A stretch of 64,000 nucleotides of DNA from an uncultured Anaerolineales bacterium (GTDB lineage Bacteria; Chloroflexota; Anaerolineae; Anaerolineales; UBA11858). The first letter of the stretch is position 1; every line of letters starts with the position of its first letter. The notes under the pieces are model-generated. The model was given only the letters and a program-made list of their open reading frames with translations. It was not told the origin of the DNA and made no database searches. The position numbers and the translations under genes are program-made. Shown here piece after piece: positions 1 to 9,079 of the stretch. The DNA is taken from positions 26,517-90,516 of the forward strand of contig CAZVPR010000001.1 in NCBI GenBank assembly GCA_964629085.1. Reading direction: 5' to 3'.

Positions 1-604
1 CGAGATCGCCCTGTCGTAAGATACGATCTTCGCCGCGGTTTCGCAGCGCAGCATACAAAATATCATCCGATTGAACTACCCGAAAAAGCAAATCTTCGTT
101 GCGCAAGGCGATGATGGCGTCTATTGCGCCTCCCCAATTACCGGCAGCCAACAAGGAACTGGCGCGGTTGAAGATTGATTCCTCTCCGCTGGGATCTCGG
201 GTGGGCGTGACCGTAGGCGTTGGTGTTGACGTTACTGTTGGTGGAATTGGCGTAAATGTAGCTGTCGCATTCATAATGGCCAATATTTCCGACAGGTATG
301 ACCAGGCGGCAGGATATTTGTCTGGTTCAAGTGCAATGACATACTCAAACCGCTGGCGAGCCCGATCATAGTGCCCTGCCTCGAAATCTTGCTGCCCCAA
401 CTCATACTGTTCTTGAATACTATTGCTATCATCCACTGGCTGAAAAACAGCGGCTTCCCGAATCCCATCTTGGTACCCAACAGCTGCAGCCACGATGCCG
501 GTTACAACCAATAGCATGATCACAAATATGATCCGCAAAACAATGATGAGCAGCTCCTCAAATTGGGACGTTTTTTTCGGTACGCGGGTCGGTTGGGTAT
601 CCAT
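1..604 (-). CDS. Membrane-anchored TPR-like protein with Thr/Pro-rich linker (partial; 3' end beyond window)
   Basis: Absent from the supplied track because there is no stop inside the window. My minus-strand translation from the ATG at 604-602 reads MDTQPTRVPKKTSQFEELLIIVLRIIFVIMLLVVTGIVAAAVGYQDG...QEQYELGQQDFEAGHYDRARQRFEYVIALEPDKYPAAW...TATFTPIPPTVTSTPTPTVTPT... The frame stays open to position 1. The start lies 3 nt after the stop of 608..1162. The product has one hydrophobic helix followed by a TPR-like helix pattern. Confidence 0.6.
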   Translation of the reverse strand, partial: MDTQPTRVPKKTSQFEELLIIVLRIIFVIMLLVVTGIVAAAVGYQDGIREAAVFQPVDDSNSIQEQYELGQQDFEAGHYDRARQRFEYVIALEPDKYPAAWSYLSEILAIMNATATFTPIPPTVTSTPTPTVTPTRDPSGEESIFNRASSLLAAGNWGGAIDAIIALRNEDLLFRVVQSDDILYAALRNRGEDRILRQGDL

Positions 605-607
605 AAA

Positions 608-1162
608 TCAGCTGCTCGCACCCCTCCCAAGCAAATGAGCCATGGCTCCATACACAATATAAATTGTCCCAACGATTACAATCACAAATTTGGGAGCAGC
701 ACACCAAAAAGCGATTTGCGGCCAAGGGTTTACTGGCTGACCAAACAGCAAACGAAGTAAAGCAATGTTTTCGATGCAATCTAAAACTCCGGCAAAAACA
801 ACTGCCCAGTCCAAAGGGATTCCTATCCGTTCTAAAGGCCAGCTCTTTCGCAAAAGTGTGTTTGATGCTCTACCACTCCCCAGTGCAATTACACCAACGT
901 ATATTGGAATAAATAAGAAATCCAACCCCTGGATGAAAGCGGCGCGCAACTTTGTGTTGTCGTCCCAACTCGAAAGGATAGTGCTAGCATTACTCAGGTT
1001 ACCAGCCAACTCAAAAGAGACGATTCCAAAAGGAGCCGCTTGTGTATTCAATGGTTTTCCTACAAATCCGAATATTACCCCTAACAGTAAAACAGCAATG
1101 AACAGTGGCCAGAAAAATTTTTGATATTCTTCAAGGATTGTTTTTGTGACTAAGGACATCAA
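608..1162 (-). CDS. Hypothetical integral membrane protein (about 4-5 TM)
   Basis: 184-aa ORF with several hydrophobic segments (FWPLFIAVLLLGVIFGFV, FLFIPIYVGVIALG, WAVVFAGVLDCIENIALL, FVIVIVGTIYIVYGA). It is tightly followed by the next minus-strand start. I recognise no family. Confidence 0.55.
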   Translation of the reverse strand: MMSLVTKTILEEYQKFFWPLFIAVLLLGVIFGFVGKPLNTQAAPFGIVSFELAGNLSNASTILSSWDDNTKLRAAFIQGLDFLFIPIYVGVIALGSGRASNTLLRKSWPLERIGIPLDWAVVFAGVLDCIENIALLRLLFGQPVNPWPQIAFWCAAPKFVIVIVGTIYIVYGAMAHLLGRGASS

Positions 1163-1189
1163 CGGCTCCCAAAAGATACGTTTGTCAAT

Positions 1190-1195
1190 TATAAT
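1190..1195 (+). promoter_or_regulatory. Candidate -10 box (TATAAT) in the divergent gap upstream of the YtxH gene
   Basis: Exact TATAAT hexamer 45 nt upstream of the ATG at 1240. I found no convincing -35. Confidence 0.25.
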
Positions 1196-1239
1196 ACTAT
1201 CTTCTCGCAGAAAACGTAACAGATAGAAGGAGATTAAAC

Positions 1240-1449
1240 ATGAAGCGAGCGATCAATTTCATCGTCGGTTTTACATTTGGCAGTTTGATTGGCGCTACAG
1301 TAGTAATGCTGATTACTCCCACTTCAGGAAATGAATTGCGGGGCCAATTTCAAACTCGGATTGCTGAACTTCAAGATGAGGTCAAGAGTGCAGCTAATGC
1401 TCGCCGGGCTGAGATGGAAGAACAATTAGCTACCCTGCGCAAACCATGA
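1240..1449 (+). CDS. YtxH-domain small membrane/stress protein
   Basis: 69 aa. The N-terminal helix FIVGFTFGSLIGATVVMLITPTSGNELR is followed by a charged helical tail, which is the typical YtxH layout. An AGAAGGAG RBS lies about 8 nt upstream. Two terminator hairpins follow. Confidence 0.75.
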   Translation: MKRAINFIVGFTFGSLIGATVVMLITPTSGNELRGQFQTRIAELQDEVKSAANARRAEMEEQLATLRKP

Positions 1450-1470
1450 AAACCTACTTTAAAAGATAAA

Positions 1471-1497
1471 CCCGGCAACTGATTGCCGGGCTTTTGT
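1471..1497. terminator. Bidirectional intrinsic terminator hairpin
   Basis: cccggcaa-ctga-ttgccggg, an 8-bp stem. It is followed by cttttgt on the + strand and preceded by aaaagataaa, which is a U-run on the - strand. It sits between the convergent genes 1240..1449 (+) and 1529..3634 (-). Confidence 0.7.
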
Positions 1498-1507
1498 CAT
1501 ATACACG

Positions 1508-1530
1508 GGCACCTAGCGGTGCCTGTTTTT
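1508..1530 (+). terminator. Second intrinsic terminator hairpin after the YtxH gene
   Basis: ggcacc-tagc-ggtgcc (6-bp stem) followed by tgttttt. Confidence 0.55.
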
Positions 1531-3634
1531 ATTCGGTAATTTCGAAACGATAAGCAGCTTTTTGGCGAGTATAGCGTGTCGTTCCGGAAACTACCAAAAT
1601 TATTTCATCGACATCTTCCGAGAATTCCAGGGGGATATCAACATCATTATCTGAGCTGAGCGAAATATAATCTACATTCGTGGTTTCGCCAATATGGACC
1701 AATGCTAGACGATAGTATTGAGGCAGCGAGTTGCGAATCTGCACAAAGCCAGCAGCCTGCCAACCCACAGAATCCCCCTCAAAATCGTCAAAATAATCTA
1801 CCTCTGGGATCTCAACATCATCCAACAGGAATCCTTCCCCGTTGACAGCCGCATCCGTCACATATTCAAACCGCAGTTGAACTTCCTGCCCACTGAACTG
1901 GGAAATATCCACTTTCTCTTGAATCCATTGACCATCGCCACCTGAAAGGCCATTATAGCCCCAGCCGTAACTATTCCCTGAGGGGTCTTCTGGGGTCCCG
2001 GAGGGTGTAGTCAATATTTGCCAATGCTCGCCATCCAGAGATGCTTCGAGGTAAAGGTAATCATAATCTTCCTCAAGGTCGTACCAGGTCCAATAAGTCA
2101 GCGTCAGCGGCCTATCGTGATCTCTAAAGTCGAAGCTCCTTGTCAAGGTCATATTCGATTCATCACCTTTATTGGACCAAAATGTATATTCGCCAGAAAA
2201 AGGACCGGCGAGGAGCAATTCGACTTCGACCGAACCTTCAAAGTGAAGATTGTAGTTCCCGGAGCACTTGATACTAATATAATCTACCCCAAACTGATGT
2301 ACATCTCTGGTCACTATTTCCGAGGGGCAACCAGGAACACTCTCGGTCGAGCTTGTTGAGGGTGCTTCTGGATAGTTTTGATAATCATAGCGACCATCGG
2401 CAACGCCCGCATCCTGGATGAAATTCGCCAAAACCCAATCCGCAAATACATCATCGGCGGTTATCGGTTCACCTGTGACTGAATCGTTGATGCCCAGTTC
2501 TCTAAGCACTGCATCGACGCTGGACAATCCATTGTCAGAATGCGCTACCAGAGCTTGGGTAGCTTCTTCGCCAAATCGGTCAAGAAAATACGTCACAAAG
2601 AGAAAACCAGCACCATAGTGCGGAGAAGTGGCACCTTGATCATTAGGCCAATCATTCAGCTGCAAATCTGGGTTGCGTGTGTATAAAAAATCAAACCCGC
2701 CGACATCATATCCATTAATAAATGCCGCCAATTCAGAGAAGCCCTCATTAAGCCAGGAGGTTTCATTGCGATCCATGTTCCAATGGATCATATGTTGGAA
2801 TTCGTGCGCCAAAACTCCCAATGTAAAGTCACCTTTAAGCCAGAGATTATCCGCATTTAAAACAAAAGCTTCATGGGCGTTTGAGTATTCATGCGCCAGC
2901 GGGTGATATTCATCCGCCGAGGAGAAATACCCAGCTAACCCATAACCAAGACCACCTGCATAGATTATATACAAATGAGGATCATTATCTATCCCAGGCG
3001 TCCACTCACTGCCAAAAAATTCCCGATTGGTTGGGTATATTTTTTCTTCGAACGTTGTTGCCAGTGCAGCTAATTCATCTTCATCATAATGAATGCCATC
3101 TTCGATCCAAAAGTAGAGATGGTCAGTCACAAAACGCAAAGTAACCTTAATTTGAGAATTTTCGTTGGTATCAACATTGGTGACCCACATAACATCCTGC
3201 GTACCAACTTGCAAAGGAGCAGGTGGGCCAACTACTGTCAGGGGGATATTCTCTTTCCCTTCCAGGCGCTCGGCCAATTGCAGAAGATCATTGATGGGCA
3301 CTTCGGTGTCTTCTAATATGCTCAAGGTATCTGCAAGCGTTACGGCTTCATCAACGTTGGGCTGGTTCGCAGATTGGCTCTCCTGCTCTGATTGATCCAG
3401 GGATTGCGCGGTCGGCTGCGCGGCCGATTGTGTGGCTGACTGCGTTTGCTCCAGGGTGGGACGCAAAACCAGAGGCGTTGGCGTAGATGGTCCGGATTCA
3501 ATTTCCCAGTTAATATCACCATCCATAATAAATGAAAAAGCCAATCCGCCGCCAGCGATTAACACAAAACACAAGCAGCAACAAATTAAAATAGCTACCA
3601 AAACTCCAATGACAACCAATAATGTTTGATTCAT
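1529..3634 (-). CDS. Membrane-anchored zinc metallopeptidase (HExxH...NEGFSE gluzincin-like, immune-inhibitor-A/M6-like C-terminal beta domain)
   Basis: 701 aa. It has an N-terminal TM (LLVVIGVLVAILICCCLCFVLIAGGG) and a Gln/Ser/Thr-rich linker. The catalytic region is LAHEFQHMIHWNMDRNETSWLNEGFSE. The C-terminal region is rich in W/Y/D/G (DYLYLEASLDGEHWQIL...QLRFEYVTDAAVNGEGFLLDDV). Confidence 0.6.
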   Translation of the reverse strand: MNQTLLVVIGVLVAILICCCLCFVLIAGGGLAFSFIMDGDINWEIESGPSTPTPLVLRPTLEQTQSATQSAAQPTAQSLDQSEQESQSANQPNVDEAVTLADTLSILEDTEVPINDLLQLAERLEGKENIPLTVVGPPAPLQVGTQDVMWVTNVDTNENSQIKVTLRFVTDHLYFWIEDGIHYDEDELAALATTFEEKIYPTNREFFGSEWTPGIDNDPHLYIIYAGGLGYGLAGYFSSADEYHPLAHEYSNAHEAFVLNADNLWLKGDFTLGVLAHEFQHMIHWNMDRNETSWLNEGFSELAAFINGYDVGGFDFLYTRNPDLQLNDWPNDQGATSPHYGAGFLFVTYFLDRFGEEATQALVAHSDNGLSSVDAVLRELGINDSVTGEPITADDVFADWVLANFIQDAGVADGRYDYQNYPEAPSTSSTESVPGCPSEIVTRDVHQFGVDYISIKCSGNYNLHFEGSVEVELLLAGPFSGEYTFWSNKGDESNMTLTRSFDFRDHDRPLTLTYWTWYDLEEDYDYLYLEASLDGEHWQILTTPSGTPEDPSGNSYGWGYNGLSGGDGQWIQEKVDISQFSGQEVQLRFEYVTDAAVNGEGFLLDDVEIPEVDYFDDFEGDSVGWQAAGFVQIRNSLPQYYRLALVHIGETTNVDYISLSSDNDVDIPLEFSEDVDEIILVVSGTTRYTRQKAAYRFEITE

Positions 3635-3638
3635 AAAC

Positions 3639-5252
3639 CTACTCTATCAATTCACTTCGCAATAATGCTAATCCATAATCATTTTGATAAATTATCTCGA
3701 AGCCCGAAATTTGATTCGCAAAAGCATCACCATAGAATTTTTGCCAGGCTTCCATATCGCCCGGATCGACTGCCGTGGCAACCGCGTCTGGTTTCGTAAA
3801 AGCCAGCACATAATCCATTTCCAGCATTAACATATCGGGCTGAGTGCGGTTGAAGTAATCGTATGATGCCAGTCGCCAATTCATGATGACATCATAATTG
3901 GGCTTTGGCATCACATAAGCCGTCAAGTCACGATAAACTACCAGATTCTCTTCAGCAACGTTCAATTCTTCGAGAACATCCTCAACCTCGTGATAAAAGG
4001 CGATATTCGGTGAGCGTTGTTCCCGATAAAGAATGCCATCATAAATCTCGATATCACTGCGAATATAGACGACGAACTGCGCCAGGATTATTCCCAACGC
4101 ACCAATTAGCAATACCGCAGAAATTCTCTCCTTTTTTTTCCCCGCCTTGATCCAATTCATAAGGTCAGAAAAAGTATCTGGAAATAGGTGAACCAATGCC
4201 GAAGCGACCGGAACAATCACGGGCAAAAAGTACAATGGCCGAATTGATGAAGTGCCCACTGTAAAGAAATAGGGAAGGATGTACATCAATATCAGCAGGT
4301 TGACCAGCCGATAACGCGGCAAAACAATCCCTTTCGCCAATCCAACTATCATTAACAACAGCATAAACCATTGGCCGTAATAAGGCCAGACAATACGATT
4401 AATTTTCTCCGCAGTCAAATTCCAATCTGGATTGACGGAATAATAGCCAATGCGCGTCTGGACAAATTGAAGCCGGGCCGTAGCAATGATCTCGGCGCGT
4501 TCCATGGGCAGCAATAGCAGCGGATTGGATACCACCAACCCCAACGCCATCACCAGCACAAAAGCGGCAGCAAATACAATTGCCCGCAGCCAGGATATCC
4601 TCTTTGCATATACGCCATAAACAAGATAGGTTGGAATGGCAAGCACAAAAAATGCGCCCGAATATTTAACGCTAAAGGCCATACCACAAGTAAAGGCAGC
4701 CAGGAATAAGAAACGCCCAAATCGGAGTTGATCACGATCCAGGAAATAAAAGATGATCACGATCAACAAAACAGCTAAACTATCCGGATGCCACCAAAAA
4801 TTATTGGTTATCACCGCGGGAATAACTAATATAAAAACAAACAAACCTACCACAAACAGAATTGATTTTCGACGAGTCTGGATTGATACCATCAATCCCA
4901 CTGCAAAAATCATCGGCAACACACTGACCATCTGGCGCAAGATCAACATAATCGTGCTGGTCTGATTCATCCAGTCTGACCCAGCCAGCAAGCGGAACGG
5001 GAACAGCACCAAGGCCGATAAAAGATAAAAAGGATACCCATAAAAGTAGTGCAGATAAACCACAAAGTGTCGCACGGTATCATAAAGCGTCTCGCCCGGT
5101 GTCAGCATGCGGATGACATGTTCATACTGGGCAAACTCATCTTTCTCAAAGATGGCCACCATGTTGAGGTTCTCTGCACCGGTAGCATTTGGAAAAGCCA
5201 TCAGGGCAAAGTAAATGACCGCGACTATGGCAAGAAAAAAATGTTTCTTCAT
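3639..5252 (-). CDS. GT-C fold membrane glycosyltransferase (PMT_2/ArnT-like) with C-terminal soluble domain
   Basis: The track ORF is 3639..5429. I place the start at ATG 5252-5250 (MKKHFFLAIVAVIYF...), because it forms an ATGA overlap with the stop of the upstream gene at 5249-5251. The product has more than 10 predicted TM segments, an acidic first loop (FEKDEFAQYEHV) and a soluble tail of about 150 aa. Confidence 0.55.
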   Translation of the reverse strand: MKKHFFLAIVAVIYFALMAFPNATGAENLNMVAIFEKDEFAQYEHVIRMLTPGETLYDTVRHFVVYLHYFYGYPFYLLSALVLFPFRLLAGSDWMNQTSTIMLILRQMVSVLPMIFAVGLMVSIQTRRKSILFVVGLFVFILVIPAVITNNFWWHPDSLAVLLIVIIFYFLDRDQLRFGRFLFLAAFTCGMAFSVKYSGAFFVLAIPTYLVYGVYAKRISWLRAIVFAAAFVLVMALGLVVSNPLLLLPMERAEIIATARLQFVQTRIGYYSVNPDWNLTAEKINRIVWPYYGQWFMLLLMIVGLAKGIVLPRYRLVNLLILMYILPYFFTVGTSSIRPLYFLPVIVPVASALVHLFPDTFSDLMNWIKAGKKKERISAVLLIGALGIILAQFVVYIRSDIEIYDGILYREQRSPNIAFYHEVEDVLEELNVAEENLVVYRDLTAYVMPKPNYDVIMNWRLASYDYFNRTQPDMLMLEMDYVLAFTKPDAVATAVDPGDMEAWQKFYGDAFANQISGFEIIYQNDYGLALLRSELIE

Positions 5253-6670
5253 GAGTGCGAATAGACGTTTGTGCTGGCTGTCAGCAAACCAAATACGATC
5301 CAGGCATTCGGCAAGGCAAAAGAATCCACCGAAAAAGCTACTCCAATAAATATGACCAGGGCCAAAATCCCTGCCTGGCCCCAATAGCGAATCTGTGGGT
5401 CGGGGCCGAGATAAAGATAGATCACACAACCAACCACGCCGACTAAAAAGGCCACATAGGCTGCCATGCCCAAGATTCCTGTTTCTGCCAAAATTCTGAC
5501 GAATAGATTTTTAGGCACGACCAACTGGTTTTTGCCTTCCTTGGGGACAAATTTGTACAGCAATTCCGGTGTAGGGTACAATGGCCGATCGGTCAATTCA
5601 TCTTCAAAATAAAAGACAAAATTTCCCAACCCTATTCCCAGCCAGGGATGCTGTTCATAGATCTGATAAGCCGTCTCCCAATAGATCATGCGCTGGCTAA
5701 AGGCGATGTAATGCAGATATGTACCAACGGCATTTTCATCCGTCCAATAGCGCCAAAGGCGAGCAAAGTATCTGTTCTGTGAACCAACAGCAATCATCAC
5801 AACCAGCAAGAGCACAACCACGGCCCCAACGAAGGCGATCCGTTTGATGAAATTGATCCATCTCTTGGAACCGGGTTTTCTTTTGCGCGGCCAGATCAAC
5901 AGCGCCAACACCAATTGCACGCCAATCAGCACATAGCCTGTGCGAGAATAGGTAAACACCAGCACACCCGAAGCATACAACAACAGCAGCACCTCAACTG
6001 TTAGTCGGTGCCAGCGCCAGCGAAACACGGTTGAATTTGACATCACTGCAGAAAACAACCAGGGCATGAACAAAAAAGTGATCTGTTCAGCGAACCAATT
6101 TGGCTCGTACGCCATCCCAGAGATGCGCGATTCGAATAGGCCGCGGACGGAGATGAAGCCCTGTAAATGCTCGACAGTATCAAACCATTCTGGTGAGTAA
6201 AACAGGATAAAACTGATATGGAGAGTGCCCCACAAAAGCGCAATCAGCAGCCCGGTGTACATCCAGCGCAAAGTGAAGTGCAAATCCGACTCCGTTTGGG
6301 GGGCTACTGCTACCGTGAGGTAAAAGGCTACGCCCATGGCCAGTGTCACCAACATGCGCAAGGAGCGCGCCGAAACCGAAATATTGATTTCAGGGTCGAT
6401 GCCTTGTGTGAAGGCAAAAATCGTACTTGCCAATGACAGCAAGATAAAAACCATCAACGGAATGACATTGCGGGGTATGGGCCTATTGAACAAATAGGGC
6501 AACGTTGTGATCAATAACAAAATGATCAAGGGGTACAAAGCTAACGGACGAACTTCCGTGCGCCCGCCAATACTGCCGGGAAAAAAGGGAAAGCTGGTCA
6601 CAGGCAAAGTAACCAGGAAAACGGCCCAGATGATTTTGCGGGCACGCTCTAGCCAGGACATCGACATCAA
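5249..6670 (-). CDS. O-antigen ligase/polymerase family (Wzy_C-type) membrane protein
   Basis: 473 aa and polytopic. The central region LLLYASGVLVFTYSRTGYVLIGVQLVLALLIW, plus a large loop and further TMs, is typical of Wzy_C proteins. There is a 4-nt overlap with the upstream gene. Confidence 0.7.
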   Translation of the reverse strand: MMSMSWLERARKIIWAVFLVTLPVTSFPFFPGSIGGRTEVRPLALYPLIILLLITTLPYLFNRPIPRNVIPLMVFILLSLASTIFAFTQGIDPEINISVSARSLRMLVTLAMGVAFYLTVAVAPQTESDLHFTLRWMYTGLLIALLWGTLHISFILFYSPEWFDTVEHLQGFISVRGLFESRISGMAYEPNWFAEQITFLFMPWLFSAVMSNSTVFRWRWHRLTVEVLLLLYASGVLVFTYSRTGYVLIGVQLVLALLIWPRKRKPGSKRWINFIKRIAFVGAVVVLLLVVMIAVGSQNRYFARLWRYWTDENAVGTYLHYIAFSQRMIYWETAYQIYEQHPWLGIGLGNFVFYFEDELTDRPLYPTPELLYKFVPKEGKNQLVVPKNLFVRILAETGILGMAAYVAFLVGVVGCVIYLYLGPDPQIRYWGQAGILALVIFIGVAFSVDSFALPNAWIVFGLLTASTNVYSHS

Positions 6671-7725
6671 TCTTCACCGCCCCAGGAAAGCCGCAAAATT
6701 TCTACGAACAAACCAATCAAAACCCCCAAGATTCCGCCCACCAACATCAGCGTACTCGAGGGGCGTACAATCTCCGTTTGAGGCTTGATCTCCTCCGGCA
6801 ACTCGATCTCCATAGCCGAGGACAGCGCCAGGCTTTTATCGATCTCCTCCTGGTATTGCCCTGAAAAAGAGTCAAATTGTGCCTGCATGGATTCGATTTG
6901 ATCTGGAAGCTCATCGAGCTCATTTTCTATCACCGAGAGGGCGCGCTCCACCCAAAGCAGGTATTCACTGGGCAAAGCATCGGGAGCGGGATAGGCTTCG
7001 AGTAAGGTTTGCCACCCTAGGTTCCAGTCAGAAGCTTGCGTCACCTGTGATAAAAGCTGCCAATGATTAAATGAGTCCCAAGGCTGGTCATCAACAGAGT
7101 TTTCCAAATCCAGCCATGCCCGCTCTAAATCTTCCTGCGCTTGTGTCACGGCTTGCAGACGTGTTTCCAAATCAGTCTGATGGTCCGCGATGGCTACCAT
7201 TTCCGTATCCAACACCACAACCTGGCGAGCATGCAAAATGGCTTCACTGACACGCTCATCGATGACCGCAGCCCATACCTGGACAGCTTGACTGGTCTGT
7301 TCTTTTTGGTTGAATTCCGCGCTCAAATGCCAGCGTCCGGCATTACGCCAGGAGCCCTGCAAGTTAAAATACAAATCTTCGACGGTTTTTGATTCCCAGT
7401 ATGCATCCAGGGTTTGCAAACGTTCCAATGTTTCTAACAAGAAATCATCGGTAAAGGCCAAAATATTGACCTGCTCCATCTGCCAATTTTTGTAATCATC
7501 CAGGCTGCTCAACTCGTCTTGAGCGACGTTGACAATATAGCGGTCCCGCGGGCCTCGGTAAGCGTTGATGCCCAGATACAAATCGATATGCGCACGATAC
7601 ATCGGCGGCCACAGAATGCTTGCTAACCATCCCAACAGCGCCCCCACCAAAAAACATGCGGCAACGAAATACCAGCGGTGCATTAAGTTGAGAATATAAT
7701 CGCGCAAACTCCACTCATTCGTCAT
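6667..7725 (-). CDS. Wzz-like polysaccharide co-polymerase (chain-length determinant architecture)
   Basis: 352 aa. TM1 is WYFVAACFLVGALLGWLASILW. A long helical, acidic extracytoplasmic region follows. A Pro-containing segment (ELPEEIKPQTEIVRPSS) sits immediately before TM2 (LMLVGGILGVLIGLFVEIL). This is the PCP-1 topology. Confidence 0.6.
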   Translation of the reverse strand: MTNEWSLRDYILNLMHRWYFVAACFLVGALLGWLASILWPPMYRAHIDLYLGINAYRGPRDRYIVNVAQDELSSLDDYKNWQMEQVNILAFTDDFLLETLERLQTLDAYWESKTVEDLYFNLQGSWRNAGRWHLSAEFNQKEQTSQAVQVWAAVIDERVSEAILHARQVVVLDTEMVAIADHQTDLETRLQAVTQAQEDLERAWLDLENSVDDQPWDSFNHWQLLSQVTQASDWNLGWQTLLEAYPAPDALPSEYLLWVERALSVIENELDELPDQIESMQAQFDSFSGQYQEEIDKSLALSSAMEIELPEEIKPQTEIVRPSSTLMLVGGILGVLIGLFVEILRLSWGGED

Positions 7726-7808
7726 ATATGATAACTAACTCCAAGCACCATATGTGCAAGACTTTATTTTCGTCAGCAAAACTTGATCAAAACAATTCAG
7801 ACACAACA

Positions 7809-7885
7809 ATCACGAATGGGAGCGAATGACACTAATTGCACGAATGTTTCTGGAAAAATTCGTGTCATTCGTAGTAATTCGTGAT
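7809..7885. repeat. Hairpin element copy 1 (CGAAT-word type); homologous to 43638..43715
   Basis: The left arm atcacgaatgggagcgaatgacac (7809-7832) pairs with the right arm gtgtcattcgtagtaattcgtgat (7862-7885), leaving a 29-nt loop. The first ~38 nt are nearly identical to the second copy. A conserved flank, gtcagcaaaacttga (7772-7786), is also shared. Confidence 0.8.
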
Positions 7886-7932
7886 AATAATTTGTTCAAG
7901 TTATTCTGGATATCTCCAGAATGTGCAAGATT

Positions 7933-9069
7933 TTACTCCATTTCATAAGATTCTAGCAGGTGATGGTATACGTCCAGGGTAGTCCGGTTAATTTTCTCGT
8001 GCGTAAACTTCTCCAACACAATTTGCCGGCCCCTAGCCCCCATTCGTTTTCGTAATTCTGGGTTTCGTACCAGTTTCTCGATAGCTTCTGCCAGCGCGGG
8101 AGCATCATTTTGGGGAATTAACAGGCCATTTCGATTGTGGTGAACAATCGCCCGACAACCGGGAACATCCGTCGCCACAATCGGGCGACCACAAGCAGCT
8201 GCCTCGATCAGGGTTGTTGGCAGGCCTTCGCCATACATTGTTGGCAAAACGACAATGTTACTCTGGCGGTAAACGCGCTCCATATCTTGCTGCCAGCCCC
8301 ACCATTCGATGATCTTCTGATTATGCCAGGCATTCAGGGTACCTTTTTCCAGGGTTTTTGGATTACCAGGATCAGGTTCTCCCACAAGAACCATGCGCAC
8401 ACCCACCCGTGCCTTTAGAAAACGAGCGGCATCAACAAACACACCCACCCCCTTATCCCAAAGAGTGCGAGCCGCCATCAAAATCACGACCTCCCCATCC
8501 GGTTCGGGAGTGGGCGAAAAGCGACGCGGATCAGCGCCGACGCCCTCGATCAACCAGGTTTGTTGAGGGTACACATACTTTTGCCTGAAGAAGTACTCTC
8601 GATCCGACTGGTTCTCAAAAATCACCGCCGAAGAGATTTTCCTCAAAACGCGCCGGTAAAATGGGTGGATCATTTTACGAATAATAACCGCTTTGGGATC
8701 AGTACTCGAAAAGACATACCCCAAACCCGAAATAGAATTTGCCACAAGCGCAATACCAGACAGGGCAGCAGCCAGCGAGCCATATAGGACGGCTTTTATC
8801 GTATGGTGATGAATGATATCTGGCTTTTCGCGCCGGTAAATCTGCCAAAGACGGAAAAATGAGCCAACTTCCAACCAGGGGGTAATACTTCTACGTTTCA
8901 AACGCCATTCATACCACTGAAAACCATCCTCCCGCAAGCGTTGCACAAATTTGCCATCTGGAGAGACCAAGACCACCTCAAATCCACGTGCGCGCAGATT
9001 GTGCATCAGGGCATAGCGGAAGTTGTATAAAAACCAATCAGTATTGGCAGCGAGGATGATTTTGGGCAT
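7933..9069 (-). CDS. GT4-family (GT-B) glycosyltransferase
   Basis: 378 aa. EX7E region: YGEGLPTTLIEAAACGRPIVATDVPGCRAIV. N-terminal Rossmann-like start: MPKIILAANTDWFLYNFR. Confidence 0.85.
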   Translation of the reverse strand: MPKIILAANTDWFLYNFRYALMHNLRARGFEVVLVSPDGKFVQRLREDGFQWYEWRLKRRSITPWLEVGSFFRLWQIYRREKPDIIHHHTIKAVLYGSLAAALSGIALVANSISGLGYVFSSTDPKAVIIRKMIHPFYRRVLRKISSAVIFENQSDREYFFRQKYVYPQQTWLIEGVGADPRRFSPTPEPDGEVVILMAARTLWDKGVGVFVDAARFLKARVGVRMVLVGEPDPGNPKTLEKGTLNAWHNQKIIEWWGWQQDMERVYRQSNIVVLPTMYGEGLPTTLIEAAACGRPIVATDVPGCRAIVHHNRNGLLIPQNDAPALAEAIEKLVRNPELRKRMGARGRQIVLEKFTHEKINRTTLDVYHHLLESYEME

Positions 9070-9079
9070 GAATTGAATA

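Noticed and set aside
99-371. 90-aa plus-strand ORF and the 69-aa minus-strand ORF at 271..480
   Set aside because: A different minus-strand frame is open from 604 to the window edge and encodes a coherent TM + TPR-like protein. The listed ORFs are out-of-frame or antisense shadows of it.
5253-5429. N-terminal 59-codon extension of the GT-C gene in the track (start 5429)
   Set aside because: The extension lies inside the upstream Wzy_C gene and reads as non-protein-like sequence (MCDLSLSRPRPTDSLLGPGRDFGPG). The ATG at 5252 gives an ATGA overlap and begins directly with a signal/TM-like MKKHFFLAIVAV.
7903-7922. Perfect 8-bp palindrome attctgga-tatc-tccagaat as an intrinsic terminator for the GT4 gene
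   Set aside because: No U-run follows on the minus strand (aacttgaac). The same objection applies to the hairpins at 18597-18706, 25648-25677, 41072-41113, 54096-54150 and 60732-60813. I report them as structured repeats, not terminators.
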